Source: a phage
DNA length: 64,000 bases
Strand: one strand, 5' to 3'
Sequence record: PZ386971.1
The notes beneath the pieces were generated by a model that did not search any database, had not been told where the DNA came from, and worked only from the letters and a program-made list of their open reading frames with translations. Shown here one piece after another: positions 27,996 to 37,629 of this stretch. The first letter of the stretch is position 1, and each line of letters begins with the position of its first letter. The position numbers were made by a program, and so were the translations under genes.

Positions 27996-28775
27996 CTATC
28001 GGACGTATTGATAATGACTAATCAGGCGGTTCACCACTTCGAAGATATTGTGGTTCAGGAAGTCGAAGTGATTCTGGCCTTCTACTGGTTTAATATAAAG
28101 CATGTCTTCCGAATTCGAAAGATCCAGTTTTTCATAATTGCCCTGAGGAACAAAGATGACAAAGATGTTGTTCAGGCCGCACGGCTCGACATACTTCGGA
28201 TTGTCATCAATCAGGACATCGCCAGCCAGCAGATGCTTTTCGTCGGTACTGACAAACCCGTTGAAGATACCAGGGAACTTATCATAGACAAACTGACGCT
28301 TGCTGCGCTCGTGTTCCGGCTCACACTTGGACACTGCGATGAATTCAACATTGTCGAAATCTTCAAGCAAGATCTCCTTCAGATTTACCAGGAACTCGTA
28401 AGCGCCGGGGAGCGGGTTCATCTTGGCGTACAAGTCAGGGCGACGCCACCAGTCCATAGGATCGTTACCGCTTGGCACACGTTGTTTGTGCATCCCCAAT
28501 TGGACTTCATGGTATAGCCACGCCGGATGCGCACGTTCACGCATCAGAATAGCCAGGTCGCCAGCATGGGACATATAACACTCTTTGGTGATCGGCTGGA
28601 ACTGGTATGACTTATGTTCCCCCGTAGCGATAGCAGCGGCGGCGATGTTCTCTTCGTTAAACCACTGCACCCAAGGGGAGAGGCTGTCGACCAACGTCAG
28701 GTCAACATCCACGAGGACGCGATACAGGCCACCGACCTTTGATTTCATATCATAGATACAAACCAGGTTGTTCAT
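27996..28775 (-). CDS. HAD-superfamily hydrolase (nucleotidase-like)
   Basis: HAD motif I DVDLT and C-terminal GDVLIDDN. Confidence 0.5.
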   Translation of the reverse strand: MNNLVCIYDMKSKVGGLYRVLVDVDLTLVDSLSPWVQWFNEENIAAAAIATGEHKSYQFQPITKECYMSHAGDLAILMRERAHPAWLYHEVQLGMHKQRVPSGNDPMDWWRRPDLYAKMNPLPGAYEFLVNLKEILLEDFDNVEFIAVSKCEPEHERSKRQFVYDKFPGIFNGFVSTDEKHLLAGDVLIDDNPKYVEPCGLNNIFVIFVPQGNYEKLDLSNSEDMLYIKPVEGQNHFDFLNHNIFEVVNRLISHYQYVR

Positions 28776-29122
28776 TTGTCTTCCTCAACTTTATCGTAGC
28801 CTGTAGCAACACACTGTTCTTCGGTACAATCTGCATACAGAACGACGGAGGCCTGCTTCACGTAGGTGATGCAGTGGTAAGTTTCGTCTTCCTGGATGGA
28901 ATCGTCATAGTTGCAGACAGTTTGGAGCGGACCCGGAGTAGTGTTGTCCAGTGCTGCATGCGCCTTGATGGTGTCTTCCATCTTGGACACGGCCTGCTCA
29001 TTGGTGAACGTCGGCGTGTCAAGGTCTACAGTAGAAGCAACGTCCAGAAGGGTGGAACACGCAGTGGTAGAGAAAGCCAGAGCACACACCAGAAGAATCT
29101 TATTGAGTTTCATTTCAATCAC
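28772..29122 (-). CDS. putative lipoprotein (signal peptide with Cys lipobox-like site)
   Basis: N-terminal KILLVCALAFSTTAC followed by polar acidic domain with four further Cys. Confidence 0.45.
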   Translation of the reverse strand: MIEMKLNKILLVCALAFSTTACSTLLDVASTVDLDTPTFTNEQAVSKMEDTIKAHAALDNTTPGPLQTVCNYDDSIQEDETYHCITYVKQASVVLYADCTEEQCVATGYDKVEEDK

Positions 29123-29175
29123 CTGTTTGTCAAAGGGTTAACAGGGGGAATTATATCCCCCTTTGGTTTATTGAA

Positions 29176-32175
29176 TCAACCTTTCTTCTTTTGCATCATG
29201 GCAAGAAGGTTCACACGGCGCTTGTGCGACCAGCCGACCACGTCAAGGATGGACTGAATCGGGTCAATGAAGGACTTCTCAAAGGCCGCCTGATAATCCA
29301 CCCATTTGCCCAGACCAAGCTCCTCAGGGAAGAACTCAGGATATGCGAAGTAATTCTGGCCGAATGGGTTGCCTGGCTTCAACAACACCATCTGTACCTT
29401 ATCACCCGACTCGATCATCGGTAGACCCAGATCTTCGTTCTTCTCAACCAGACGGTTGTAGCCCACACACGCCTTGGCAGCAAAATGAGCACCAGAGATG
29501 AACGATCCGTCAGCAGCCACACACTTCTCTATGTCGGACACGCCGGAAGCCTTGGCGATATCGTCTACAGAGAGTTTCATGTACTCCTCTTTGTACTGGG
29601 AGATGAGCGCCTGTACTTCCTCTTCAGTGCCGAGTAGGATCTTCTCATAGCACTTGACAAGACGCTCACGACACCATTCCGGCGTGGTGGACTTGCGGGC
29701 TTCCAGACCTTTGAACTTGATCTTCGGCTTCTCGTACTTGATACCCTCACTGTCGTACACGGCCATGGCATACATCTTCTTGGCTCGCCAGACAGCGGCT
29801 GACGCAATGACCTCACGCTCCCATACCATGCGCTGTTCAAATCCGTTCATGGTGTTACACAGAAGCTGTGCCCACTCATTGGTCTTCGGCTGGTAGTTGT
29901 CTTTGATCCATTGGTCGATATTATCAACCATAGCATGATGGTCAGTAACATCAGGCCACAACTGCTTGACAAGACGCTCAATGCAGATGTAGTTGGAGTC
30001 GGTATCACCTGCGATGACGAAGTCCTGGCCTGTTGTACCACACAGCTTGTTCAGATAGTCATCAGTGTAACGCTTGTTCCACTTGTTGATCAGCTGACCG
30101 GATGTGGTGATGGCTTCGGCAATGTTGAGGTTGAAGTACTCTTTGAACCAGACGTTCGAGATAGCGCCATAACCTGCGTTCATCAAGATCTTCAGACCTT
30201 GCTGTAGGGTGTCTTGAGCAACGCCCAGATCTTCCCACTTCTTCATCACTTCGGTCAGTGCATCAAGATCAATGTTCTTGTGCTCTTCATACCACTCTGG
30301 GTCATAGTAGCGAGACTTCATGGCAGACTCAAGATGGAAGTCGCCCTTCGACATCTCTTTACACCAGCCAGCCCACTGCTCATACTTCAGACCCTTGGCC
30401 TTCTCTACTTTACGGTCGCTGTAGATACCACGCATGATTTCAGACAGGAACGACATCTTCTCGTTGCTGAAGAATTGAACGTTCGGCGTGAACGACACGT
30501 TGTAGCGGCGCAGGGTTTCAAAGTGGAACTCACCCAGGGCAACCAACTCATCAACAACCTGCAGGCGTTCGTCAACCGCACGCAACAGCTTGTCGTGAAG
30601 GGCTTTCATCAACCGACGTTTGTGCATCGGCGTTGCCATGTTATTCATCTGAGCAGCCAGCTCTTCACACATAGCCTCAATAATCTCGCGGCGCTGGTGT
30701 TTGTCGCCAACGATAGTCTCTGGACCGAGGTTGTACTGCTGAATGATGTGAGGATACAGGGAATTCAAATCTTCCGAGAAGACCCAGAAGTAGATTCCTG
30801 GTGTCACATCCATGACGTATGCACCCTCAAAGTCGGTCGGACCATCGTATACACGCTGGATCTTAGGCACTATCCCCTTCTCGTACAGGCGATAGTAGCA
30901 CATGGCCAGCCACGGAGCCACAGTGCCCAGACCGTCTTCATAGTTGGACTTGGTGCGGTAGGCCAGGACGAACATCAGCTGGAGCAGGCGCAGCTTCTGT
31001 TCAAGTCGCCATACCAGCTTAACGTCTTTGATACCATATCGGGTGTGTTTGCAGTAGTCGTTGAAGTACAGATCAAAGAGCGACTTGCTCTCACTGTAGT
31101 CCATCTTCTTCTCACCCAGCTCACAATACGCAATCCAGTCAAGAGAGTAGCGTTCACGGGTGGTGTACGTGTGTTTCTTGTAGATCTGCATATAATCGAG
31201 CATAGGACAGCCCACGAACTGATACGTCGTGATATCGCCCTTCTTATCGCGAATGATACGCTTCTTAATGATACCCCAAGGACTGAGGCGCGACGTTTCA
31301 GCCTCACCCAGAACCTGATTCATGCGCTCAACAAGATACGGGCTATCGAACGTTTCAATGTTCCAGCCTGTCCAGCCGTCGAACTGACGCTCCGACCAGA
31401 AGTCAAGGAAAGATCGCAGCAGATCTTGTTCGGTGGTGAACTCCTGATAAACAACCTCAAGGCCGCCGATCTCTTTGTCTTCGGTGTCGTATGCGAATTT
31501 GTTACGATCTTTGGCACAGGGCACACCCCAGACCATGAACTTATTGGTCGCCATATCCTGAAGCTGGATCAGGGTAATGGGGAACGCCGCATTCATGTCT
31601 TGGGTGATCTTGCCGTTGCTGTCAATGATAGGGAACTGATCAGTGACGTTGTTGCTGATGAAAGAACCAGGGAAGTGCTCACGGACAAAGTCATGGTTGG
31701 CCAGCACTTGTTTATGGAAGCGGCGAATGCGCGCCTCATTCCCTTTGAACGTCTGCTGCTCAATAGTTGGGTGAGGGAATGGACCTTTGGTCATCTTTCC
31801 GTCTTTCCACCCGGCGGAGAATACTTCGATATCGAGGTTAGCAATATGGATGTTGGAGTAATCCGGCTCAATCTTTCCAGGAAAGCTATGGGCGATGAAC
31901 TGGTATGCATAATCGGTCTGCCCATAAATGGCAGCACCCTGGACTTCCTTGTACTCTTCAAGATAGTTGTCAGCGTCACGCATGGAAGGGAACTGCTTGG
32001 CTACCAGGGGTTCATTGAGAAGGCCGACCTTTTCAACATTTGAATAGTCAGCCGTGGGTAAATAGAGAGTGGGTTCGAATTTCTTTTTCAACAGACGGCG
32101 ATTACCCATGTCATCTGCAATTCGAATCAACAGGTCATTGCCCCTGCGGGCAACGTTCGTATAGAAAACGGTCAT
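29176..32175 (-). CDS. DNA polymerase, family B (T4 gp43-like)
   Basis: 999-aa ORF with exonuclease NLDIEV motif and polymerase motif C (IAGDTDS). Confidence 0.9.
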   Translation of the reverse strand: MTVFYTNVARRGNDLLIRIADDMGNRRLLKKKFEPTLYLPTADYSNVEKVGLLNEPLVAKQFPSMRDADNYLEEYKEVQGAAIYGQTDYAYQFIAHSFPGKIEPDYSNIHIANLDIEVFSAGWKDGKMTKGPFPHPTIEQQTFKGNEARIRRFHKQVLANHDFVREHFPGSFISNNVTDQFPIIDSNGKITQDMNAAFPITLIQLQDMATNKFMVWGVPCAKDRNKFAYDTEDKEIGGLEVVYQEFTTEQDLLRSFLDFWSERQFDGWTGWNIETFDSPYLVERMNQVLGEAETSRLSPWGIIKKRIIRDKKGDITTYQFVGCPMLDYMQIYKKHTYTTRERYSLDWIAYCELGEKKMDYSESKSLFDLYFNDYCKHTRYGIKDVKLVWRLEQKLRLLQLMFVLAYRTKSNYEDGLGTVAPWLAMCYYRLYEKGIVPKIQRVYDGPTDFEGAYVMDVTPGIYFWVFSEDLNSLYPHIIQQYNLGPETIVGDKHQRREIIEAMCEELAAQMNNMATPMHKRRLMKALHDKLLRAVDERLQVVDELVALGEFHFETLRRYNVSFTPNVQFFSNEKMSFLSEIMRGIYSDRKVEKAKGLKYEQWAGWCKEMSKGDFHLESAMKSRYYDPEWYEEHKNIDLDALTEVMKKWEDLGVAQDTLQQGLKILMNAGYGAISNVWFKEYFNLNIAEAITTSGQLINKWNKRYTDDYLNKLCGTTGQDFVIAGDTDSNYICIERLVKQLWPDVTDHHAMVDNIDQWIKDNYQPKTNEWAQLLCNTMNGFEQRMVWEREVIASAAVWRAKKMYAMAVYDSEGIKYEKPKIKFKGLEARKSTTPEWCRERLVKCYEKILLGTEEEVQALISQYKEEYMKLSVDDIAKASGVSDIEKCVAADGSFISGAHFAAKACVGYNRLVEKNEDLGLPMIESGDKVQMVLLKPGNPFGQNYFAYPEFFPEELGLGKWVDYQAAFEKSFIDPIQSILDVVGWSHKRRVNLLAMMQKKKG

Positions 32176-32254
32176 GTAATTCTCCAGGTTATCCGTGCCG
32201 TTAGCACGTGGGCATATTTAACCATAGAGCCATTCATTGACCAAGGAGTTTATT

Positions 32255-32827
32255 ATGGCAATCCCCCTCGTTGGTATGATCCCAGGGGCGCTCAAGCAAC
32301 TCTGGAACCTCGGGACTGATTTGATCCAATATAAGCGGGAAGTTGTACAGGCCAAACACGACGTCAAGCTGGAGGCCATCAAGTCCTCCTCAGATTGGGA
32401 GCTGTCTAAGATTACCGAAGTCGGCGGGTCTTGGAAAGACGAATTCTGGACTATCGTGTTGGCCATACCCGCCATCCTCGTCATGACTGCTCCGGTTGTG
32501 GAACTGATTCTGTTCCCTGGTGAGTATCATAAAGGGGATTTCATCAAAGCAGTAATCGGTGGCCTTCAGGCACTAGATACCGCACCTGAATGGTATACCT
32601 ATTCGTTATTGACAGCAATTAGTGCATCATTCGGTATCAAAGGCTACAATCACTACAAAAGCAACAGGCGAAAAGCCCAAGCTATGGATGCTCTCAAGCA
32701 ATTTGGGGTTCGGGTCGTACAGAAAGATCCCACTGTTGTTACTCAGTCGGGTGCTCCCGATCTTGAGTCTGCTCCCCCAGCTGGGTCTACTGCGACCTCT
32801 GGTGCGTGGCCTGATCTGAAGAAATAA
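32255..32827 (+). CDS. membrane protein
   Basis: Start set at ATG 32255 behind AAGGAG; two or three hydrophobic helices. Confidence 0.5.
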   Translation: MAIPLVGMIPGALKQLWNLGTDLIQYKREVVQAKHDVKLEAIKSSSDWELSKITEVGGSWKDEFWTIVLAIPAILVMTAPVVELILFPGEYHKGDFIKAVIGGLQALDTAPEWYTYSLLTAISASFGIKGYNHYKSNRRKAQAMDALKQFGVRVVQKDPTVVTQSGAPDLESAPPAGSTATSGAWPDLKK

Positions 32828-32869
32828 GTTCAAGGGGAGGAAACTCCCCTTTCTTTTGGTGTTTAGGGA

Positions 32870-33082
32870 ATGAATGTGGTAAACAAGAGATTGCTCGTCA
32901 CCCAAGGCGGGGCGACGATAGTGCGCGGAAGGATCTATGAACAAATACAGCTGGGTGATCACAAGACGCGCCTGACTGTTAAGGCTCCAGATGGTGGTTG
33001 GCCGACAAAGGTAATTGTCCCTGACGGTCTCATAGAACGAGGGTCGGCGGTGTATAAAGGAGCAGAGTTCAAAATTTATTAA
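32870..33082 (+). CDS. small hypothetical protein
   Basis: 70-aa ORF. Confidence 0.35.
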   Translation: MNVVNKRLLVTQGGATIVRGRIYEQIQLGDHKTRLTVKAPDGGWPTKVIVPDGLIERGSAVYKGAEFKIY

Positions 33083-33177
33083 AATATTTATTGAATAAAG
33101 TTTACTTCTTCAATAACTGGCGTATACTTCTAATTGTAGTACGAACAAACAACAATCTGAAGAGAAGGAAATACATC

Positions 33178-33735
33178 ATGGCAATCGAAATTATCGCTCA
33201 ATCCAAATCTGGTAAAACTGTAATGTACGGCACTGAAGAAGGCCGCGCAATCACCACTCTGGGCACAATTGACGGTTCCAACCCAGTGAAAGGCGGTCGC
33301 TACCTGGTTGAATACGGTTCACACCTACTGATGGTAAGCAAAGTCGATGGTCGTGAAATCATGATTCCCCGCAAAGAGTACTTCGACTCGCGCATTGAAG
33401 CCATGAACTTCTTCCTTTTCCAGGAACGTCACGAACTGTTCGTTGAAGCGAAAGACGCAGGCCTGGACGATGCGACTGCCGAACTGATCGCTGAAGGTAA
33501 AATGACTCTTGAGGCTGCTCTGGGTGACATGGATTGCGATGCTGAAGCCCATTACATCGAATATTCCGCTTATCAGAATGAATGCGAAGACGATCCTGAA
33601 GATGACGGCTTCGACCCTGACCTTCACGGTGGCGAGGATGACAACACTCCTTCCCTGGAAGTGATCATGGCAGGCGGTCAGGCCGCTTGGGAGTGGCAGA
33701 ACGAAAAGAACGCCTGGCTGGATTCCCACCTTTAA
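33178..33735 (+). CDS. hypothetical acidic protein
   Basis: Start at ATG 33178 behind GAAGGA; followed by terminator. Confidence 0.5.
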   Translation: MAIEIIAQSKSGKTVMYGTEEGRAITTLGTIDGSNPVKGGRYLVEYGSHLLMVSKVDGREIMIPRKEYFDSRIEAMNFFLFQERHELFVEAKDAGLDDATAELIAEGKMTLEAALGDMDCDAEAHYIEYSAYQNECEDDPEDDGFDPDLHGGEDDNTPSLEVIMAGGQAAWEWQNEKNAWLDSHL

Positions 33736-33748
33736 TGTGAAGAAATAA

Positions 33749-33778
33749 AGAAAGGGGCTTAACGCCCCTTTTCTTATT
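33749..33778. terminator. bidirectional intrinsic terminator between convergent genes
   Basis: ggggc-ttaac-gcccc hairpin with AAA upstream and TTTTCTTATT downstream. Confidence 0.55.
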
Positions 33779-34232
33779 CTTCCCAGAAGTCTTCGTCGTC
33801 CCCGACAGCAGCCAGTTCCGTGTCCAGTTCTTCATCGGTAAACGGTGGCAGCACCCCGTTCTGAATCAGATAATCCATCTCATCATCTTCCAGCTGCAGG
33901 TCGGTGGCAATATACAGCGCTCCGCTGCCCTCTTCGTCCGTCTCGATACTGTACGAAGTGTATGGCACCCCATTCACTGTAATGATGATAGACGTTGGAT
34001 CCTTGGGATCTACGTGCGCCTCGAACGGCACACCATCAATCGGTGCATCTTCTAGGAAGGTAGCAAGTGCTACGGCGGCGCGGACAACATCAGTGCCTTC
34101 AACGCCCGCATAGATCTCTTCCGCGCCTGTCTCTTCACGATCAAACAGCTCAATCGTGATACCGTCTTGAACACCAGTCCATACAGGGATGTCATTGGTG
34201 TATTCTGATTCAAACAATTTGGAGGTTGGCAT
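33774..34232 (-). CDS. hypothetical highly acidic protein
   Basis: 152-aa ORF rich in D/E. Confidence 0.45.
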   Translation of the reverse strand: MPTSKLFESEYTNDIPVWTGVQDGITIELFDREETGAEEIYAGVEGTDVVRAAVALATFLEDAPIDGVPFEAHVDPKDPTSIIITVNGVPYTSYSIETDEEGSGALYIATDLQLEDDEMDYLIQNGVLPPFTDEELDTELAAVGDDEDFWEE

Positions 34233-34376
34233 GTTGGGTTCCTCAGTGGGTTAGCCATATGGGGTATTTAGGCTTCCCGCTTGGCGAGGTCTGGTTTGTA
34301 CAGGACGCCTCTCGGAAATATTGGAGGAAGGTTTTCATAGATACCCCACACGGATTGTATGGGGTATTCAGGAGGG

Positions 34377-35591
34377 TCAGGAAGGGGTGAATTCGTTTAC
34401 AGGAACTGTTTCAGGGATAGCCAGCTCAGGGCATGCTGCCTTCATCGGCTCGATGTATGGCTTGCTACCCACAATCCAGAACAGAGTGTTCTCATTGAGC
34501 AACTCGGGCTTGTGTTGCTGAACCCAGGTCATGACCTTGCCTTCATAGCGAGGATGCAACTCAATATCACCCCACTGATATTCCATCAGGTCATTATAAC
34601 GAACCCAATTAGTGGTATGAAGATCCCAATGGTGTACCTCAAAGCGAGGAAGCACGACCTCTGGCTCTTCCTTCTGCCTGATACCACTTAGGAGGCCAGC
34701 CAGCGAAACGCTCTTAGAGGCATGCTGAAGCTCCTTCTTGCCGTGTACATAGTCTGGGTTGTCGTGATAGCGACGGGTAAAGTCGACAATGTGCGGTAGA
34801 TTGGCATGTTTGCCGATGATGCGCAGACGACTCTCGATAAAGTCCAGGCGGTTCGGACCGATGCCAATCAGATACACACGCTTCAGATTAGGCTTCGGAT
34901 GCATTGCCAGCCCGGTCAGGATGCTTGTGCAAGAGTTGCACGATCCGGCTGGGATGATCAGGTCAGTAATGTGATCAGGAATGTTGGCAACCTGCTCGCC
35001 ACCCAACATATGGAACCCAGCAATGCGCTCAGGGGAGTGGGCTGTATGGTCGAGGGTGATACCATACTCCAGATAATACGCCTTTGGATTCTGTTGTTCG
35101 ATCAACTTCTTACAGCGCGGCTGGATGGTGCTGTTGTAACCCGAGCCGACGAAGTTGAACTCACTACCAAACCAGGCTGACATTGCCACCATTTCATGGT
35201 TCATACAGGTGGTGGGTTTGGTCGCGCCGAGCACAGTAGTTGTCTTGCCGCCGAAGTGCCGAGAGACTGCCGTCGCCATAGGGGACTGCGGACTACCAAC
35301 GACAGTACCATGGATGATGTCAGGGGAGCCTCCGGTCATGAGGTGCTCAACCATCAACCAGATGGCCTGGCGGAGTTTGCTGCCGTTGATGCCCTGCTGG
35401 CCATTTGCATAATTGGACAGCGGCGCAAAATAATCTTCACGCTTGAACCAGACCTGCTGGTTGGTTTCGGGGTTGACGACAAGTTCGCACGGGGTGTGCT
35501 TGTAGAGATAATCTTCCCAATGGACCAGGTTGCGGTCGAGGGAAAGGATATCGAAGATGGTCTTGTTCATTCTATTTTCTCCTGTAGACAT
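34377..35591 (-). CDS. putative PLP-dependent enzyme (fold-type II-like)
   Basis: QGINGSKLRQA resembles the Lys-containing PLP-binding motif of Trp-synthase-beta-like enzymes; Gly-rich loop HGTVVGSPQSP. Confidence 0.45.
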   Translation of the reverse strand: MSTGENRMNKTIFDILSLDRNLVHWEDYLYKHTPCELVVNPETNQQVWFKREDYFAPLSNYANGQQGINGSKLRQAIWLMVEHLMTGGSPDIIHGTVVGSPQSPMATAVSRHFGGKTTTVLGATKPTTCMNHEMVAMSAWFGSEFNFVGSGYNSTIQPRCKKLIEQQNPKAYYLEYGITLDHTAHSPERIAGFHMLGGEQVANIPDHITDLIIPAGSCNSCTSILTGLAMHPKPNLKRVYLIGIGPNRLDFIESRLRIIGKHANLPHIVDFTRRYHDNPDYVHGKKELQHASKSVSLAGLLSGIRQKEEPEVVLPRFEVHHWDLHTTNWVRYNDLMEYQWGDIELHPRYEGKVMTWVQQHKPELLNENTLFWIVGSKPYIEPMKAACPELAIPETVPVNEFTPS

Positions 35592-35640
35592 TGGCTTATC
35601 ATAGTGTATCTACAGGAGTATAGAAAAGGAGAATCTCGGA

Positions 35641-36285
35641 TTACTTCTTGAACAGACGAAGGAACTTCATCATGTTATCCATGAAAGTTGGCTTCTTGGC
35701 CTTTTGTTTTACTGGAGCACCCTGATCATTCAGAACACGACTGGCCGGAGGAGTTGGATTCAAAGATTTAATTGCCTGATTCAAATCGGAATTATCCACG
35801 ACACCCACTTCTTCACCGACCGTAACGCATGGTTTGATTAGAACGGATTTCTTAGACTGCTCATACTGATGAGCGATATCCAGATATTTCTTGCGCTCTG
35901 CGTAGAAATCAACAGACTTGACCTTGCGACGACGCCAATTGGCGCTTTCTTCGCCATAGAAATCATATCCGTTTCTGATCAGCCAGTGTACGGCTTGTTC
36001 AAAAGAACCGAAGACCATAAGTGGAGCACCCTGGCCTTTCTCAGATTGTTCCAGGCTACCATAACCCATCAATACAACCTGGCCTTTGATACTCAAATCA
36101 AACGTCATACCAAGGTTCGGGATGTTTTTATCGCGGCGGAAGAACCCGCCATCACGGTAGACGTAAACAGGCGACAGGAACTCATTCAGAGTACGCTTGA
36201 CACCCTTGTATCGGAAGAGTCTGACAATTGGAGGGGTGTCACGGGAAATCACTTCGTTCAATTCCCAGATAGAAACATTACGCAT
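35641..36285 (-). CDS. hypothetical basic protein
   Basis: 214-aa ORF. Confidence 0.45.
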   Translation of the reverse strand: MRNVSIWELNEVISRDTPPIVRLFRYKGVKRTLNEFLSPVYVYRDGGFFRRDKNIPNLGMTFDLSIKGQVVLMGYGSLEQSEKGQGAPLMVFGSFEQAVHWLIRNGYDFYGEESANWRRRKVKSVDFYAERKKYLDIAHQYEQSKKSVLIKPCVTVGEEVGVVDNSDLNQAIKSLNPTPPASRVLNDQGAPVKQKAKKPTFMDNMMKFLRLFKK

Positions 36286-36407
36286 CGGTGTATCCTCAAA
36301 TCTATGACAGGGGGTTAACGGTTAAATTTTAAACCCCCTTTGTATCATTGAACAAACTATGATAAAGGAGGACATGCTTGGGTCGATAAGAAGATAATAA
36401 GACAGGG

Positions 36408-36437
36408 ATAAAAAGAAAGCCGGATAGGATATCCGGC
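36408..36437 (-). terminator. intrinsic terminator ending the tRNA cluster transcript
   Basis: Perfect 8-bp stem gccggata/tatccggc, 3-nt loop, then TTTCTTTTT on the minus strand. Confidence 0.6.
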
Positions 36438-36655
36438 TATACCACATCGATGGGTTGGGTTGAAAGACTACACGCTTACACTGGTACTACCCTATGGGAG
36501 AGCGCGTCAGGAGTCGAACCTGAAGTCGTCGACGTAGAGAAAGCTATTTGCATTTCACTATCCTCGCCGCGATTTTCTTAACTTCCTAAACACCCCGATT
36601 ACGAGAGAGTCGACATGCACATCTTCTAACTCTTCAGGAAGTCACGCCCGTAATT

Positions 36656-36744
36656 TGGCGGAAGGTGAAGGATTCGAACCTTCGGGGGCTAAAAGCCCCA
36701 CTCGATTAGCAGTCGAGTCCCTTAAACCTCTCGGGCAACCTTCC
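36656..36744 (-). tRNA. tRNA-Ser (anticodon GCU), class II with long variable arm
   Basis: Hand-folded cloverleaf: acceptor GGAAGGT/ACCTTCC, anticodon loop CTGCTAA, T-arm GAAGG-TTCGAAT-CCTTC, encoded CCA. Confidence 0.75.
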
Positions 36745-36964
36745 AATTTGGACGGGCTTCACACCCGATTGAGCATTTGATCTGCTGTAGCCCAACTCCC
36801 CGCGCTTCTCAGCGCCGATTGGTTAACTGGCGACCAGTGCCTTCTGGTTCGATCTCCTGGAACTTTACAGGCTTTGCGCCCGACCATTTCTGGAAGTTGG
36901 GGCATCGTTTCCGATGTGGAGTCACCCCATTTTATACACAGCTGGCTGCAACGCTTACTGTGTT

Positions 36965-37048
36965 TGGTGTGAGTGGATGGATTCGAACCACCGCGCTGTT
37001 ACGGGGAGATTTACAGTCTCCTGCATTCGACCGCTCTGCCACACTCAC
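36965..37048 (-). tRNA. tRNA-Tyr (anticodon GUA), class II
   Basis: Acceptor GTGAGTG/CACTCAC, anticodon loop CTGTAAA, T-loop GGTTCGAATCC, long variable arm, CCA encoded. Confidence 0.7.
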
Positions 37049-37305
37049 ATTTGGTCTGCCGCTGCGTGCTGGGCCACGCTCGAGGACATCGGCCATCCTT
37101 CCTCAGCTAATCCACGCAGCGGTAGATTTGTATCAGAGTGTCCGGTGTAGCAACCCGTGAGGTGCGCACTACTGTAGCCTCTACACTCTGAATTTGGTGG
37201 GCGTTACTATCGTCGTCTTCGGATTCCGTTCGGCTATTGGACAGAGGCTTGGAGCTTGTCGGTCGCGTACTTTATGCCTATTCACTTTCGTTCACACCCA
37301 TTGTC

Positions 37306-37381
37306 TGGCGACGATGGCAGGACTTGAACCTGCGACATACGGTTTAACAGACCGCCGTTCTACCGACTGAACTACATCGTC
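37306..37381 (-). tRNA. tRNA-Asn (anticodon GUU)
   Basis: 76 nt; acceptor GACGATG/CATCGTC, anticodon loop CTGTTAA, T-arm GCAGG-TTCAAGT-CCTGC, CCA encoded. Confidence 0.75.
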
Positions 37382-37552
37382 TTGCAAATCACTATACCAT
37401 ATAAAGTTTATTGAACAAACATTTATTTTACAACAAACTGTATTGGCGGGGTCTGAGGCTTTTCACCTCACCTGCTGGGTTTGGCCGCCCAGCCGTTCTC
37501 TATGAGGATTCACTGTCCGGACAGCTATCCATTAAACTATCGCCCCTCAATA

Positions 37553-37629
37553 TGGTGATCCTGATTGGGTTTGAACCAATGACCAATGAATTATGAGTTC
37601 ACTGCTCTAACCGACTGAGCTACAGGACC
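37553..37629 (-). tRNA. tRNA with CAU anticodon (elongator Met or Ile-lysidine type)
   Basis: 77 nt; acceptor GGTCCTG/CAGGATC with G1-C72 pair, anticodon loop CTCATAA, T-arm ATTGG-TTCAAAC-CCAAT, CCA encoded. Confidence 0.7.

Noticed and set aside
27675-28517. 280-aa plus-strand ORF
   Set aside because: Antisense to the HAD hydrolase gene (DxDxT motif on minus strand) and its neighbour.
30214-32043. 609-aa plus-strand ORF
   Set aside because: Entirely antisense to the DNA polymerase gene, which carries clear family-B motifs; shadow ORF.
36492-36530. tRNA-like T-arm GGTTCGACTCC near tRNA-Ser (possible tRNA or tmRNA-like 3' end)
   Set aside because: No complementary 5' acceptor strand or anticodon arm could be folded by hand; left as a possible pseudo-tRNA.
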